From: an uncultured Pseudobdellovibrionaceae bacterium
GTDB taxonomy: Bacteria; Bdellovibrionota; Bdellovibrionia; Bdellovibrionales; UBA1609
Direction of reading: 5' to 3'
NCBI GenBank assembly: GCA_964502735.1
Contig: CAZCYD010000007.1
Coordinates: forward strand, 24,295 to 88,294
Length of the DNA: 64,000 bases
This document shows, in pieces, positions 28,200 to 36,975 of the stretch. The notes under the pieces were generated by a model. The model had not been told where the DNA came from. It did not search any database and worked only from the letters and a program-made list of their open reading frames with translations. A program made the position numbers and the translations under genes. The stretch's first letter is position 1; every line of letters starts with the position of its first letter.

Positions 28200-30002
28200 G
28201 TGTCAGATCAGGATCAAGCATTTTGGTTGGTAAAAAGTAGTGGTCGTATTCTCGGGCCCTACACGAAAAATAGAATCCGTGATCTACTTCGAGAAAAAGA
28301 AGTTGTTGCTCTTGATGAGGTGGGGCTCCCTAAAAGAAAGTGGAACTACATACGAGATCAAAAAGAGTTCTCAGGTGTTTTGGAAGAGCTTAGAATACAG
28401 CAAATTAAAAGTGGATCGGATAAAACACAAACTGTTGGTAGTCATATTGATGATATTACAGGTAGTGTAACTGAAGCTATAATTGAAGATAGTGCAGATG
28501 AATTAACCAGTGATGTAGAACCACTAAATTTCGAACTTACTCAAGAAATTCCTATACAAGGCGATCTTGAGATAACAGCAGCTAGAGATGTTACCAAAAC
28601 TGGTAGAGTCGTAGAAACCAATGAACCATCTAGTAAGAGATATGGTACCGAGGAGCAAGCAAAAAAAAATGTGAGTTCCTTTGCTCAAAGGTTGTGGCGG
28701 ACAACTCTTTATATTTTAGCCTTTTCAGCAATACTTCTTGTTGTTAATCACTATGTTTTAAGTCCCAAGTCGAAAAGTACCAAGAATTATAGTGAGCTAA
28801 CAATAGCTGATGCTTTTTATACAAATGGCATGTATGAGAGGGCTCTTAAATATTACAAAAAAGCTTATGAGTCCGGTCACGAAAATAAAGAGCCATTACT
28901 CCGTTACGGTACGCTCTTGATTCAATTGGATAGAAATACCGTAGAAGGCGTTAACCTATTACAGGAGTCATTGAACTTTGATCCACGAAATAGGGTTTAT
29001 GTCTATGCAGGCATAGGTCTAGCAAATATTTTTGACGGAAACCACATCTTCGCCAATAAACATTTGAGAGAAGCCTTGAATATAGAACCGAATCTAACCT
29101 CTGCAATTGTTAATCTCGGATGGTTGCGTCAACGAGAAGGAGCTATAGATGAGGCTATTGACCTTTATTCCTCTTCGATTATTAAAGGAGCTGGTCGGGT
29201 TGATAACTCTCCCTACATTTATTTATCTAAAGCGTTAATAGAGAAGTGGAAAAAGTCCGGAAATCAAAAGTATCTAGATGAAGCAAAAAACACATTGCTT
29301 TCCATTGTGGATAATAAAACAGATTACAGGCAAGAGGCTCTGTTATTATTGACTTATATTTACAGTCAAGCGTCTAAATCAGAAGATTATTTTTCTACTC
29401 TTGAGAGGACGTTAGATACAGATCCACTTCTTACCAGTGAGCATTCTCACGACTTAAATATATACCACGATGGTATATCTTGGGGTTCATTCATACGAAT
29501 GTGTGATGAAATTTATGAAAAGAATAAGCAAGATTCTTCAGCTGTTGCGTTGAGTGGTTATTGCTTGTTAAAGGGGAAAGACCTGGTTAGGGCAGAACAA
29601 AGATTTAAAGAATTGGCAAACAAAAGAACTCAAAGTCCTCTGCTACTGGCAGTACATGCTTTTTATCATCAAGTCGTAGGGAATGAGAGTCATGCTGCAA
29701 TCACTTTGGGAAAGGCTATTGAGGGAAACAAAAGTGGTAGAAAGTACAGCTTGCCTTTGATTCTAGAAGCGAGAACTTGTCAAGAAATCGGTGATGATGA
29801 GTGTGCACTTAAAAAATGGAAAGAATTACTGCAAAAAGAGGAAAAAAATATTCAGGCTCTTTCGAATATTGTAATTTTGCAAACCAAGAAAGGAAACATT
29901 CAAGGCTTAGACACCTACGTTAGAGATGCCAGGCTTATTTCAGACAACTACGCGCCAGCAAGATACGCTGAGACATTTTTGTATGATACTAAGAATAAGT
30001 AA
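28200..30002 (+). CDS. GYF_2 (DUF4339)-domain - TM - TPR-repeat protein
   Basis: The N-terminus WLVKSSGRILGPYTKNRIRDLLREKEVVALDEVGLPKRKWNYI resembles a GYF_2 domain. One TM (LYILAFSAILLVVNHYVL) is followed by TPR-like repeats. The start is GTG. Confidence 0.65.
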   Translation: MSDQDQAFWLVKSSGRILGPYTKNRIRDLLREKEVVALDEVGLPKRKWNYIRDQKEFSGVLEELRIQQIKSGSDKTQTVGSHIDDITGSVTEAIIEDSADELTSDVEPLNFELTQEIPIQGDLEITAARDVTKTGRVVETNEPSSKRYGTEEQAKKNVSSFAQRLWRTTLYILAFSAILLVVNHYVLSPKSKSTKNYSELTIADAFYTNGMYERALKYYKKAYESGHENKEPLLRYGTLLIQLDRNTVEGVNLLQESLNFDPRNRVYVYAGIGLANIFDGNHIFANKHLREALNIEPNLTSAIVNLGWLRQREGAIDEAIDLYSSSIIKGAGRVDNSPYIYLSKALIEKWKKSGNQKYLDEAKNTLLSIVDNKTDYRQEALLLLTYIYSQASKSEDYFSTLERTLDTDPLLTSEHSHDLNIYHDGISWGSFIRMCDEIYEKNKQDSSAVALSGYCLLKGKDLVRAEQRFKELANKRTQSPLLLAVHAFYHQVVGNESHAAITLGKAIEGNKSGRKYSLPLILEARTCQEIGDDECALKKWKELLQKEEKNIQALSNIVILQTKKGNIQGLDTYVRDARLISDNYAPARYAETFLYDTKNK

Positions 30003-30720
30003 TAGGATTTTTCGAACAAAAATTCATAAGCTTTTATGGATCTTTGTATTTGGCTTAAATGGCTGTAGCCCAGATTATTCACCTGTACAGAATTTAAGCT
30101 CAATTAAAGTTGGATCACCTGAAGTTTCTGATAAGGATGTGGAAGTTCCCCAGAAGTTAATTAAAGACATTGAGTCGATGTATCTCCAGAGTTTAAAAAA
30201 ACAAGATAAAAATTTAGATACACCTGATTTAAAAATATTAATGTCTATTCCTAGAAAATTTCTATCATTTAAAGTCTACTTTTCACCATTAGAAAATAAG
30301 TTGGCTTTTAATCAACCCGTAGAGATAATTTTCTCCAGAGGGGGTGGAAGTATAGACCTGTCAAAGATTGTAACTGGAGAGTCAGGTAGTTTCTACCTCA
30401 ATACGCTTATTGATTGGGATGAACTTGGCTTTAAGAAAAATGAAATAAACGAATTTCAAGCCTATTTTATTAGCAATTCCAAAAAGAGAAAAATCAAAAA
30501 TGAGGTTTGGGGAGCGGGTTGTAATAGTTATTATAATGTTACAGATATGTTTGATAACGTACTATCCCGACAGGGGTTGCTCCTTAATGCAACAGATGCA
30601 AGATATATGGGATTAATAGCAGGAACTTTTGTATTCGTGATTATTAAAAGCAAGGATTTATATTTAGCTACAGTAACTTTTTTAGATTCAAGATATCCGG
30701 ATCTAACTTGTAGGAGCTAG
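29983..30720 (+). CDS. Hypothetical lipoprotein
   Basis: The internal ATG 29983 gives MILRISNRIFRTKIHKLLWIFVFGLNGC, which is lipobox-like. It overlaps the upstream gene by 20 nt. Confidence 0.55.
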   Translation: MILRISNRIFRTKIHKLLWIFVFGLNGCSPDYSPVQNLSSIKVGSPEVSDKDVEVPQKLIKDIESMYLQSLKKQDKNLDTPDLKILMSIPRKFLSFKVYFSPLENKLAFNQPVEIIFSRGGGSIDLSKIVTGESGSFYLNTLIDWDELGFKKNEINEFQAYFISNSKKRKIKNEVWGAGCNSYYNVTDMFDNVLSRQGLLLNATDARYMGLIAGTFVFVIIKSKDLYLATVTFLDSRYPDLTCRS

Positions 30721-30721
30721 A

Positions 30722-31690
30722 ATGTCAAAACAGTTTATTAAAGATTTAAGCAATCAAGAACAAATCAGCTCAGAATTTTTGGTGGTAGACAAGCAAGTTC
30801 TTAAAGATAAAAAGGGTCGTAATTATTTAAATATGAGTTTGTCCGACAAGTCAGGAAGTCTTAATGCAAGAATGTGGGAAAAAATTGACGATGTAGCTAA
30901 TAAGTTCGATTCGGGTGATTTTGTTCAAGTTAAGGGGCATGTTCAGATTTATCAAAATAAAAAGCAAATTGTCATCCACGATATTAAAAGAGTCGGAGCT
31001 GAGACTGTTGCCATTGAAGATTTTGTTTCTTCCAGTGCAAATCCTCCAGCTGAAACATTTGAGCAAATATTAAAAATAGTTTCTTCAATTAAAAATAAAA
31101 AAATTAAGGACATTTTATATCATACTTTGGAGAATGAAAATTATAAGCCAAATCTTCTTAAATCCGCCGCAGCGAGATCCATTCACCATGCCTATGTTGG
31201 TGGGTTGCTTGACCATATACTCTCAATTAGTAAGTTGATGGTATTAATTGGGAATCATTACCCCATTTTAGATCTGGATCTACTTATTTTCGGTGCTATT
31301 TATCACGATATTGGAAAAATTAGGGAGCTTAATCTAGACAATGGAATTCAGTACTCTACAGAGGGACGACTTGTCGGTCACATGGGGATTGGACTAGAGA
31401 TGTTGGATGAGACGTTCAGAGCCCTTTCTATAGATGACTTGGAATTAAAAAGTATTTTAAAACATATTATTTTAAGTCACCATGGTCGATTAGAATATGG
31501 GTCTCCAAAGCGTCCAAAGTTTTTAGAAGCCATAGTTGTCTCAATGATAGATGAGTTAGACAGTCGAATAAACTCTGTTGAAAACTTCATGAAATCAGAG
31601 ATAGATTCACATCAGAGTTGGAGTAGTTTTAATAACCAATACGATCGTTACTTCTATCTAGATATATTGAGAAGTAAGTTATCTGAATAA
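30722..31690 (+). CDS. OB-fold + HD-domain 3'-5' exoribonuclease, YhaM-like
   Basis: An N-terminal OB fold (NARMWEK...GDFVQVKGHVQIYQNKKQIVI) is followed by HD motifs HHAYVGGLLDH, IYHDIGK and SHHGRLEYGSPKRPKFLEA. Confidence 0.8.
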   Translation: MSKQFIKDLSNQEQISSEFLVVDKQVLKDKKGRNYLNMSLSDKSGSLNARMWEKIDDVANKFDSGDFVQVKGHVQIYQNKKQIVIHDIKRVGAETVAIEDFVSSSANPPAETFEQILKIVSSIKNKKIKDILYHTLENENYKPNLLKSAAARSIHHAYVGGLLDHILSISKLMVLIGNHYPILDLDLLIFGAIYHDIGKIRELNLDNGIQYSTEGRLVGHMGIGLEMLDETFRALSIDDLELKSILKHIILSHHGRLEYGSPKRPKFLEAIVVSMIDELDSRINSVENFMKSEIDSHQSWSSFNNQYDRYFYLDILRSKLSE

Positions 31691-31702
31691 AACGCGTTTT
31701 TG

Positions 31703-31837
31703 TACCAATTCCAAAGAAATAATTGTCTAAAATTTAGTAAATGCCCCTCATGCTCACACATCCGCAGCCTTGAGGCTGCGGAACTGCGCGTGAGGGGCAT
31801 TTACTAAATTTTAGACATTATTTCTTTGGAATTGGTA
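31703..31837 (+). repeat. Long hairpin element, copy 2 (48/47-nt arms with a 1-nt bulge, core in + orientation)
   Basis: Arms 31703-31750 and 31791-31837 are reverse complements except for one extra T in the left arm. The core at 31751-31790 is 39/40 identical to copy 1. Confidence 0.9.
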
Positions 31838-32491
31838 TTAGTAGATGGCTAAAATGAATTCTTTTTTCTGATGACTATACTTTTCTTGTAGTTGTTTTGC
31901 TGATCCTATGTCAAAAGACTCATCGGATTGAGTCAGAGAAGTCGCGAGGATAATTTTTTTAGTAGGTAAATATATTGACAACTCATTTAATGTCTTTTCG
32001 AGTCTGTAGGGTGTATCCATTAAAATAACAGGAATTTTTGTAGCTTTTAACTTTTCAAATTCCTTTTTTCGCAATTCAGAATTAGCGGGAAGAAACCCTT
32101 TAAAGTAAAATTCTGTCAATTTGAGACCTGAGCCACTGAGAAATGCCATTAAGCTTGAAGCACCTGGCACAATAGTAATTTCAATTCCGTGGGATCGGCA
32201 TAAATTAACTAATTCAGCTCCCGGGTCACAAAAGCCTGGCGTTCCGCAATCTGACACGAGAGCTACGGCTTTGGTTTTGCACTCTCCTAGTAGGTACTCC
32301 AGATCTTTCTGATCGGAGTGTTCGTTTAATAGCTCTATAACTTTATATCCGATCTCAAGATCTCTGATGAGACGGCCAACAATTTTTCGTTCCTCGCCAA
32401 TTATTAAGTCAGCTTGTTTTAAGAGTTTTAGGGCCCTGAGGCTAATATCTTCGATGTTTCCTATGGGAGTTGCGATTACGCTTAAAGACAT
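31838..32491 (-). CDS. rsmI: Tetrapyrrole-methylase-fold SAM methyltransferase, RsmI-like (16S rRNA C1402 2'-O-methyltransferase)
   Basis: The N-terminus is VIATPIGNIEDISLRALKLLKQADLIIGEE, and SDCGTPGFCDPG is also present. At 217 aa it is shorter than typical RsmI. Confidence 0.7.
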   Translation of the reverse strand: MSLSVIATPIGNIEDISLRALKLLKQADLIIGEERKIVGRLIRDLEIGYKVIELLNEHSDQKDLEYLLGECKTKAVALVSDCGTPGFCDPGAELVNLCRSHGIEITIVPGASSLMAFLSGSGLKLTEFYFKGFLPANSELRKKEFEKLKATKIPVILMDTPYRLEKTLNELSIYLPTKKIILATSLTQSDESFDIGSAKQLQEKYSHQKKEFILAIY

Positions 32492-32505
32492 GATAGTCTG
32501 CTACC

Positions 32506-33048
32506 ATGTCTTTAAAGCGCTGGGAAGTCATAAATAGTGAAAATCTCTTTCAGGGTCCATTTTTTCGGTTAAGATCTGATAACTGCAGGTTGCCTGATGG
32601 GAAAATTATGCCCAAATACTACGTAATAGATATATTGGATTGGGTGAATATTGTAGCTGTAACACAGAATCAATTGATAATGATCAGGCAGTATAGACAT
32701 GCCTATGGAGATAGTTTTTTTGAAATCCCAGGGGGGACTCTCGACAGTGTAGACGAATCCCCTTTAGTTGCTGCCAAACGAGAACTACTAGAAGAAACTG
32801 GTTTTGTAAGTGAAAATTGGGAATATAGAGGTTTTCACTGTCCGAATCCAGCCCTGCAAAGCAATCGGATGCACACCTATTTAGCGAAAGATTGTAGAAA
32901 AGAGTTTGATCAAAAATTAGATGAGTTTGAAAATATTGAAGTTATTCTTTGTGAAAAAAAAGAAGTTGCTTCTATGTTGAAAAGTGGGAAAATACAACAC
33001 TCTCTCATCGCAGCTTCACTGACTCGCTGTATAGATATTTTAGTCTAA
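32506..33048 (+). CDS. NUDIX hydrolase (ADP-ribose pyrophosphatase-like)
   Basis: The Nudix box is GGTLDSVDESPLVAAKRELLEETGF. Confidence 0.85.
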   Translation: MSLKRWEVINSENLFQGPFFRLRSDNCRLPDGKIMPKYYVIDILDWVNIVAVTQNQLIMIRQYRHAYGDSFFEIPGGTLDSVDESPLVAAKRELLEETGFVSENWEYRGFHCPNPALQSNRMHTYLAKDCRKEFDQKLDEFENIEVILCEKKEVASMLKSGKIQHSLIAASLTRCIDILV

Positions 33049-33060
33049 AGTTCATAAGGT

Positions 33061-33197
33061 TATACCAATTCCCAAAAATAATCGTTTAAGATTTTGTGAA
33101 TGCGCCTCACGCGCAGTTCCGCAGCTTCAAGGCTGCGGCTGTATGAGCATGAGGCGCATTCACAAAATCTTAAACGATTATTTTTGGGAATTGGTAT
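33061..33197 (-). repeat. Long hairpin element, copy 3 (48-nt perfect arms, core in - orientation)
   Basis: Arms 33061(33062)-33109 and 33150-33197 pair at 48/48. The core at 33110-33149 is the reverse complement of the copy-1 core (38/40). Confidence 0.9.
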
Positions 33198-33940
33198 CAT
33201 TCATTTTTTTTAAGTAAATAAGATTTTTCCAAAAAAGGCCATAGGGCAAGTGGCTCTGCCTTGCGTGAGTGAACGCTATCCATAAAAACAATCTGAACAT
33301 TTGAAAACTCAGTTTCTACTGCATGAACAATGGCGGGTTCGTTCTCAAATAAATAAATTAAATCATAGGATTTATTCATGGTTCTGATTTTTTCCACTTT
33401 AAAGTTGACGTCATCCATTTTGGGTTTTGGTTTTAATATTAACTCTACATTTTGTAATTCAATGGGAAATTTCCAATGCCTTAAGCTTTCGATTGTTCCT
33501 TGAGCCATACGTATTTGATCTCGACCAGACAAGTATTTCAAATGGGATTGAGTTGTAGAATAGAGTTGATTAACAAAAAATACGGCTCCTTCGTAGGGAA
33601 GATCATACTGCAAATACTCATTGGAAAAAAAGCGTAAAGCCCAAAAGTTCTTTGCATGTTTACTAAAATCATTATTATGAAGATCCACACGATCAAGAGC
33701 GTCCTGTAGCCCCCAGTCGCTATCAAAAACTTGGGTGCTACTAAGTTTTTCAATTTCTTTTGGGTATTTATATTGAGTTTCTGGATCAGAGATCAGTTCA
33801 GAAAAAATATACTTAGTTCTTGGACTAACGTCGTAAAGAGTCGAGTCCAAGTCGAATATACACAAAATTTTACCATCATTTTTACTGTGTATGTGAATAT
33901 CGTCTATTAATTTACTTAAGATTTTATCAAGTTTAAGCAT
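33197..33940 (-). CDS. HAD-superfamily hydrolase-like protein
   Basis: The N-terminal motif is ILCIFDLDSTLYDV (DxDxT). No further assignment is possible. Confidence 0.6.
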   Translation of the reverse strand: MLKLDKILSKLIDDIHIHSKNDGKILCIFDLDSTLYDVSPRTKYIFSELISDPETQYKYPKEIEKLSSTQVFDSDWGLQDALDRVDLHNNDFSKHAKNFWALRFFSNEYLQYDLPYEGAVFFVNQLYSTTQSHLKYLSGRDQIRMAQGTIESLRHWKFPIELQNVELILKPKPKMDDVNFKVEKIRTMNKSYDLIYLFENEPAIVHAVETEFSNVQIVFMDSVHSRKAEPLALWPFLEKSYLLKKNE

Positions 33941-34261
33941 TAAACACCTAAATTTACAGAGTTATCTTTTTTGAATATCTTTTTTTCAAAAAAAAAACAA
34001 CACATACAAAATTGATTACAAGATCTACAAAAAAAATCTCATTTCGATCTGACACGCTCAAAACAAGACAGTTATTAAAAATGTTTAAAGAAATTGAACC
34101 CATAGGGGTTAAGGATCAAGGCTCAGGTTCCGAACATTAAGCTGAGACATTGTAAGCTACAGTGGTAGTCTACAAGATTAGCTCAATAGGTATCTTAAAG
34201 GGTATCTTAACTGGAGATTAGGGTTGTTATAACGACAAAAATCAAAAAATGGGTGTAAGAG

Positions 34262-35113
34262 ATGAGTTTAGTTAAATATCGAGTATCAGTAGAGGGAAGT
34301 GAACATAGCGAACTTGATCTGAACCAGATAGTCAATAGGTTATTAGAAAAAACACTTTCTCCTACTGATTGCATTTTTGATTCTGAAAATGACGAATGGA
34401 TACCCATCGTTGAAAACGAAGAAGTTATGTCTCACTTTAAATCTGCTGTAAGAAATATGAAAAGCAGTCACAATTCAAATAAGCAGATGTCTTCATCAGA
34501 CGAAGTACAACCAACAGATTTTTCGTCTTTAAAAGATAATCCAATGTTAACTGAGTGGTACATTTTAAAGGGTGAAAATAAATTTGGACCATTTCAGTAT
34601 TCTGAGGTTATTAAAATGTTACAGGAGAAGATTGTATTTGAATTCGACTTTGCTTGGCAAAATGGTATGTCAGCTTGGACTAGGATTGCACAGATTGAAA
34701 ACTTTCGACCCGAGCATATAAAAAAGCTACAGGGCAGTCTTATGCCTGAAATAAAAAATGTTTTTTTTAGAAGAAAGCACCCGCGAATACCTTTTGAGTG
34801 TGAAGTTGTAGTTCATGACAATGTTAATGTTTGGTCGGGAAAAGCTATTGAACTCAGTGAGGGCGGGGCAGGGCTAATCATGGAAAACTCATTGATTCTA
34901 CCTGGGCAAAAGCTCTATATGCACTTTAAGTCTGGAGCTAACTTTCCTGCATTTAATGCAATTTGTGAGGTCGTTAGCAAGAAGTATATGGATGGAGTTA
35001 AGAAAAAAGAAGTTCCAGTTTGTTATGGGGTGAAGTTTACGAGTTTAAGTGAAGAGGCTTTTTCTCATCTGCAGAAGTATACAAAAAGTAATCATGAAAG
35101 GGTTTCGGCTTAG
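34262..35113 (+). CDS. Tandem GYF_2-domain protein with C-terminal PilZ domain (putative c-di-GMP receptor)
   Basis: The GYF_2-like segment is EWYILKGENKFGPFQYSEVIKMLQEKIVFEFDFAWQNGMSAWTRI, with a weaker N-terminal copy. PilZ motifs are RRKHPR (RxxxR) and ELSEGGAG ((D/N)xSxxG with E in the first position). Confidence 0.75.
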   Translation: MSLVKYRVSVEGSEHSELDLNQIVNRLLEKTLSPTDCIFDSENDEWIPIVENEEVMSHFKSAVRNMKSSHNSNKQMSSSDEVQPTDFSSLKDNPMLTEWYILKGENKFGPFQYSEVIKMLQEKIVFEFDFAWQNGMSAWTRIAQIENFRPEHIKKLQGSLMPEIKNVFFRRKHPRIPFECEVVVHDNVNVWSGKAIELSEGGAGLIMENSLILPGQKLYMHFKSGANFPAFNAICEVVSKKYMDGVKKKEVPVCYGVKFTSLSEEAFSHLQKYTKSNHERVSA

Positions 35114-35162
35114 TTAATTGATATATTTGTATTTAATGCCTTTATAAATAAGGGGGAGGCAA

Positions 35163-35882
35163 ATGGAAAATTTAGGAAAACTAATAGTGGATGGAGGCGT
35201 TCCCGCCTATCTAATAGTAACAATGGGGATTGTAGCTCTGGCTTTGATTTTTGAGAGGATCAAGGTTTTATTTTTTGATTATTCAATTAAAACAGAGGCC
35301 TTTATGAACCAGGTTAAAAGTTTGATAATGAATGATCAAGTTGACGATGCGATTACATTTTGCACAGCCAACAAAAGAGCTCCTCTGGCACATGTTGTGA
35401 AGGGAGTTCTGGAAAGATCTGATAGAGATGAGGAGTCTATAAATCAAGGTTTAGATATTTCTCTTGCAGAAATTATTCCCAACTTGGGGAAAAGACTTGG
35501 GTATCTATCTATGATAGCTAACGTCTCCACTTTGATGGGTTTGTTAGGAACAATCACGGGATTGATTATGGCCTTTCAAGCGGTAAGTTTTGCAGATCCT
35601 TCGCAAAAACAAGTTGTCCTTGCCCAGGGTATTTCTATGGCTATGAATACAACAGCCCTTGGTTTATCAGTTGCAATTCCAGTAATGGTAGCCTACGCAT
35701 TTCTTCATACGAGACAAAATAGAATATTAGAAGAAGTTTCGGAGCATTCGGCTAAAGTTGTAGACTTATTGACAACACGACATTACCAACCCTTTTCAGC
35801 TGTAAAAGCCTTTCCAAAGAACTTATCTGAGAAGAAAATGAATGAGATACAGCCGCCAGCTCCAAGCGTAAAGTCTGTTTAA
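35163..35882 (+). CDS. MotA/TolQ/ExbB-family proton channel (AglR-like)
   Basis: A 3-TM protein with STLMGLLGTITGLIMAF and QGISMAMNTTALGL. A GGGGGAGG ribosome-binding site lies upstream. Confidence 0.85.
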   Translation: MENLGKLIVDGGVPAYLIVTMGIVALALIFERIKVLFFDYSIKTEAFMNQVKSLIMNDQVDDAITFCTANKRAPLAHVVKGVLERSDRDEESINQGLDISLAEIIPNLGKRLGYLSMIANVSTLMGLLGTITGLIMAFQAVSFADPSQKQVVLAQGISMAMNTTALGLSVAIPVMVAYAFLHTRQNRILEEVSEHSAKVVDLLTTRHYQPFSAVKAFPKNLSEKKMNEIQPPAPSVKSV

Positions 35883-35895
35883 CGAAGAAGAGGAA

Positions 35896-36462
35896 ATGAG
35901 CATGAGTAAGCGTAGAAATTTAACAATAGAGTCTTCTAAGCAAGAAGAGACAAATATTGATGTGGATTTAGCGCCTATGCTTGCGCTTATGGTTACTCTT
36001 ATTCCGATTATGCTTTTGTCAACAGTATTTGTTAGGATAACTCTAATTGAAACCCCCCTGCCACAAGTCGTTGAAAAAGCTATACAAGAGGATCGTGATA
36101 AAGAACCTAAAGAGGTTCAGGTCGTTGTAACAATGTTTAATCAAGGAATTAAATTCCAAATCATGAGAGATGGGAAAGAACAAAAAGTTGTGAGACTTCC
36201 TAAGAATAATAATCAATGGGATTTAGACGGATTGTATAGTGCAGCCTATCAAACGAAAATGACATACCCCCAGGTTTTCCATGTTGATTTAAAACCTGAT
36301 GTGGATGTTAAGTATGAAGATATTGTCAAAGTGATAGATAAGCTAAGAAAGATTGAGTCTAAAGATAAGAAAGCACAAATTCTAGATAAGGACACGCTTC
36401 AGAAGATAGAAACAGATTTAATGTTTCCCGAAATTAATTTTGCAAATGTGGTGGAGGGTTAA
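35896..36462 (+). CDS. ExbD/TolR-family protein (AglQ/AglS-like), long form
   Basis: It has a single N-terminal TM with an ExbD-like signature (IDVDLAPMLALMVTLIPIMLL) and a periplasmic domain. Confidence 0.75.
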   Translation: MSMSKRRNLTIESSKQEETNIDVDLAPMLALMVTLIPIMLLSTVFVRITLIETPLPQVVEKAIQEDRDKEPKEVQVVVTMFNQGIKFQIMRDGKEQKVVRLPKNNNQWDLDGLYSAAYQTKMTYPQVFHVDLKPDVDVKYEDIVKVIDKLRKIESKDKKAQILDKDTLQKIETDLMFPEINFANVVEG

Positions 36463-36975
36463 ATGAGAAGGGCTGTTGATAAGTTTATCTCTAATAATAA
36501 GAAAACTACATTTGTCTTGCAGTTAACTGCAATGGTCGACATGTTTACAATACTGATAGTCTTTTTATTAAAAAGCTTTTCTACGAGTGCTGTCACAATA
36601 ACTCCACATAAAGATATGGTTTTACCACAATCATCAGCATACGTTGAGCCTATCGAAGCTTTAAAGTTGGTGGTAGCCCTGGATGGGATTTATGTTGATG
36701 ACAGGAAAGTTGTAGATGTGAGCGATGGTAAAATTTCAACTTTAGATCTAGATGCTAATGATAAGGATTTCATCAGAAAATTATATGAAGAATTAGATAA
36801 GCACGCTGTTAAATCAAGGGATATTGCAGGTCAAAATGAGGACATAAAGTTTGATGGTAAAATTGTGATGCAAGCAGATTCCAGATTTGATTATGGTGAA
36901 TTAAAAAAAGTGATGTATACAGCTTCACTTGCAGGATTTGCAGATATGAAATTGGCAACACTATCATTTGAGTAG
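36463..36975 (+). CDS. ExbD/TolR-family protein (AglQ/AglS-like)
   Basis: It has LQLTAMVDMFTILIVFLL and a periplasmic domain. It starts directly after the upstream stop. Confidence 0.8.
   Translation: MRRAVDKFISNNKKTTFVLQLTAMVDMFTILIVFLLKSFSTSAVTITPHKDMVLPQSSAYVEPIEALKLVVALDGIYVDDRKVVDVSDGKISTLDLDANDKDFIRKLYEELDKHAVKSRDIAGQNEDIKFDGKIVMQADSRFDYGELKKVMYTASLAGFADMKLATLSFE

Noticed and set aside
27877-33197. The hairpin elements as integron attC sites / a gene-cassette array.
   Set aside because: The arms lack the RYYYAAC / GTTRRRY core sites and the extrahelical bases of attC. The enclosed genes are multi-gene, bidirectional housekeeping genes. No intI gene is in the window.
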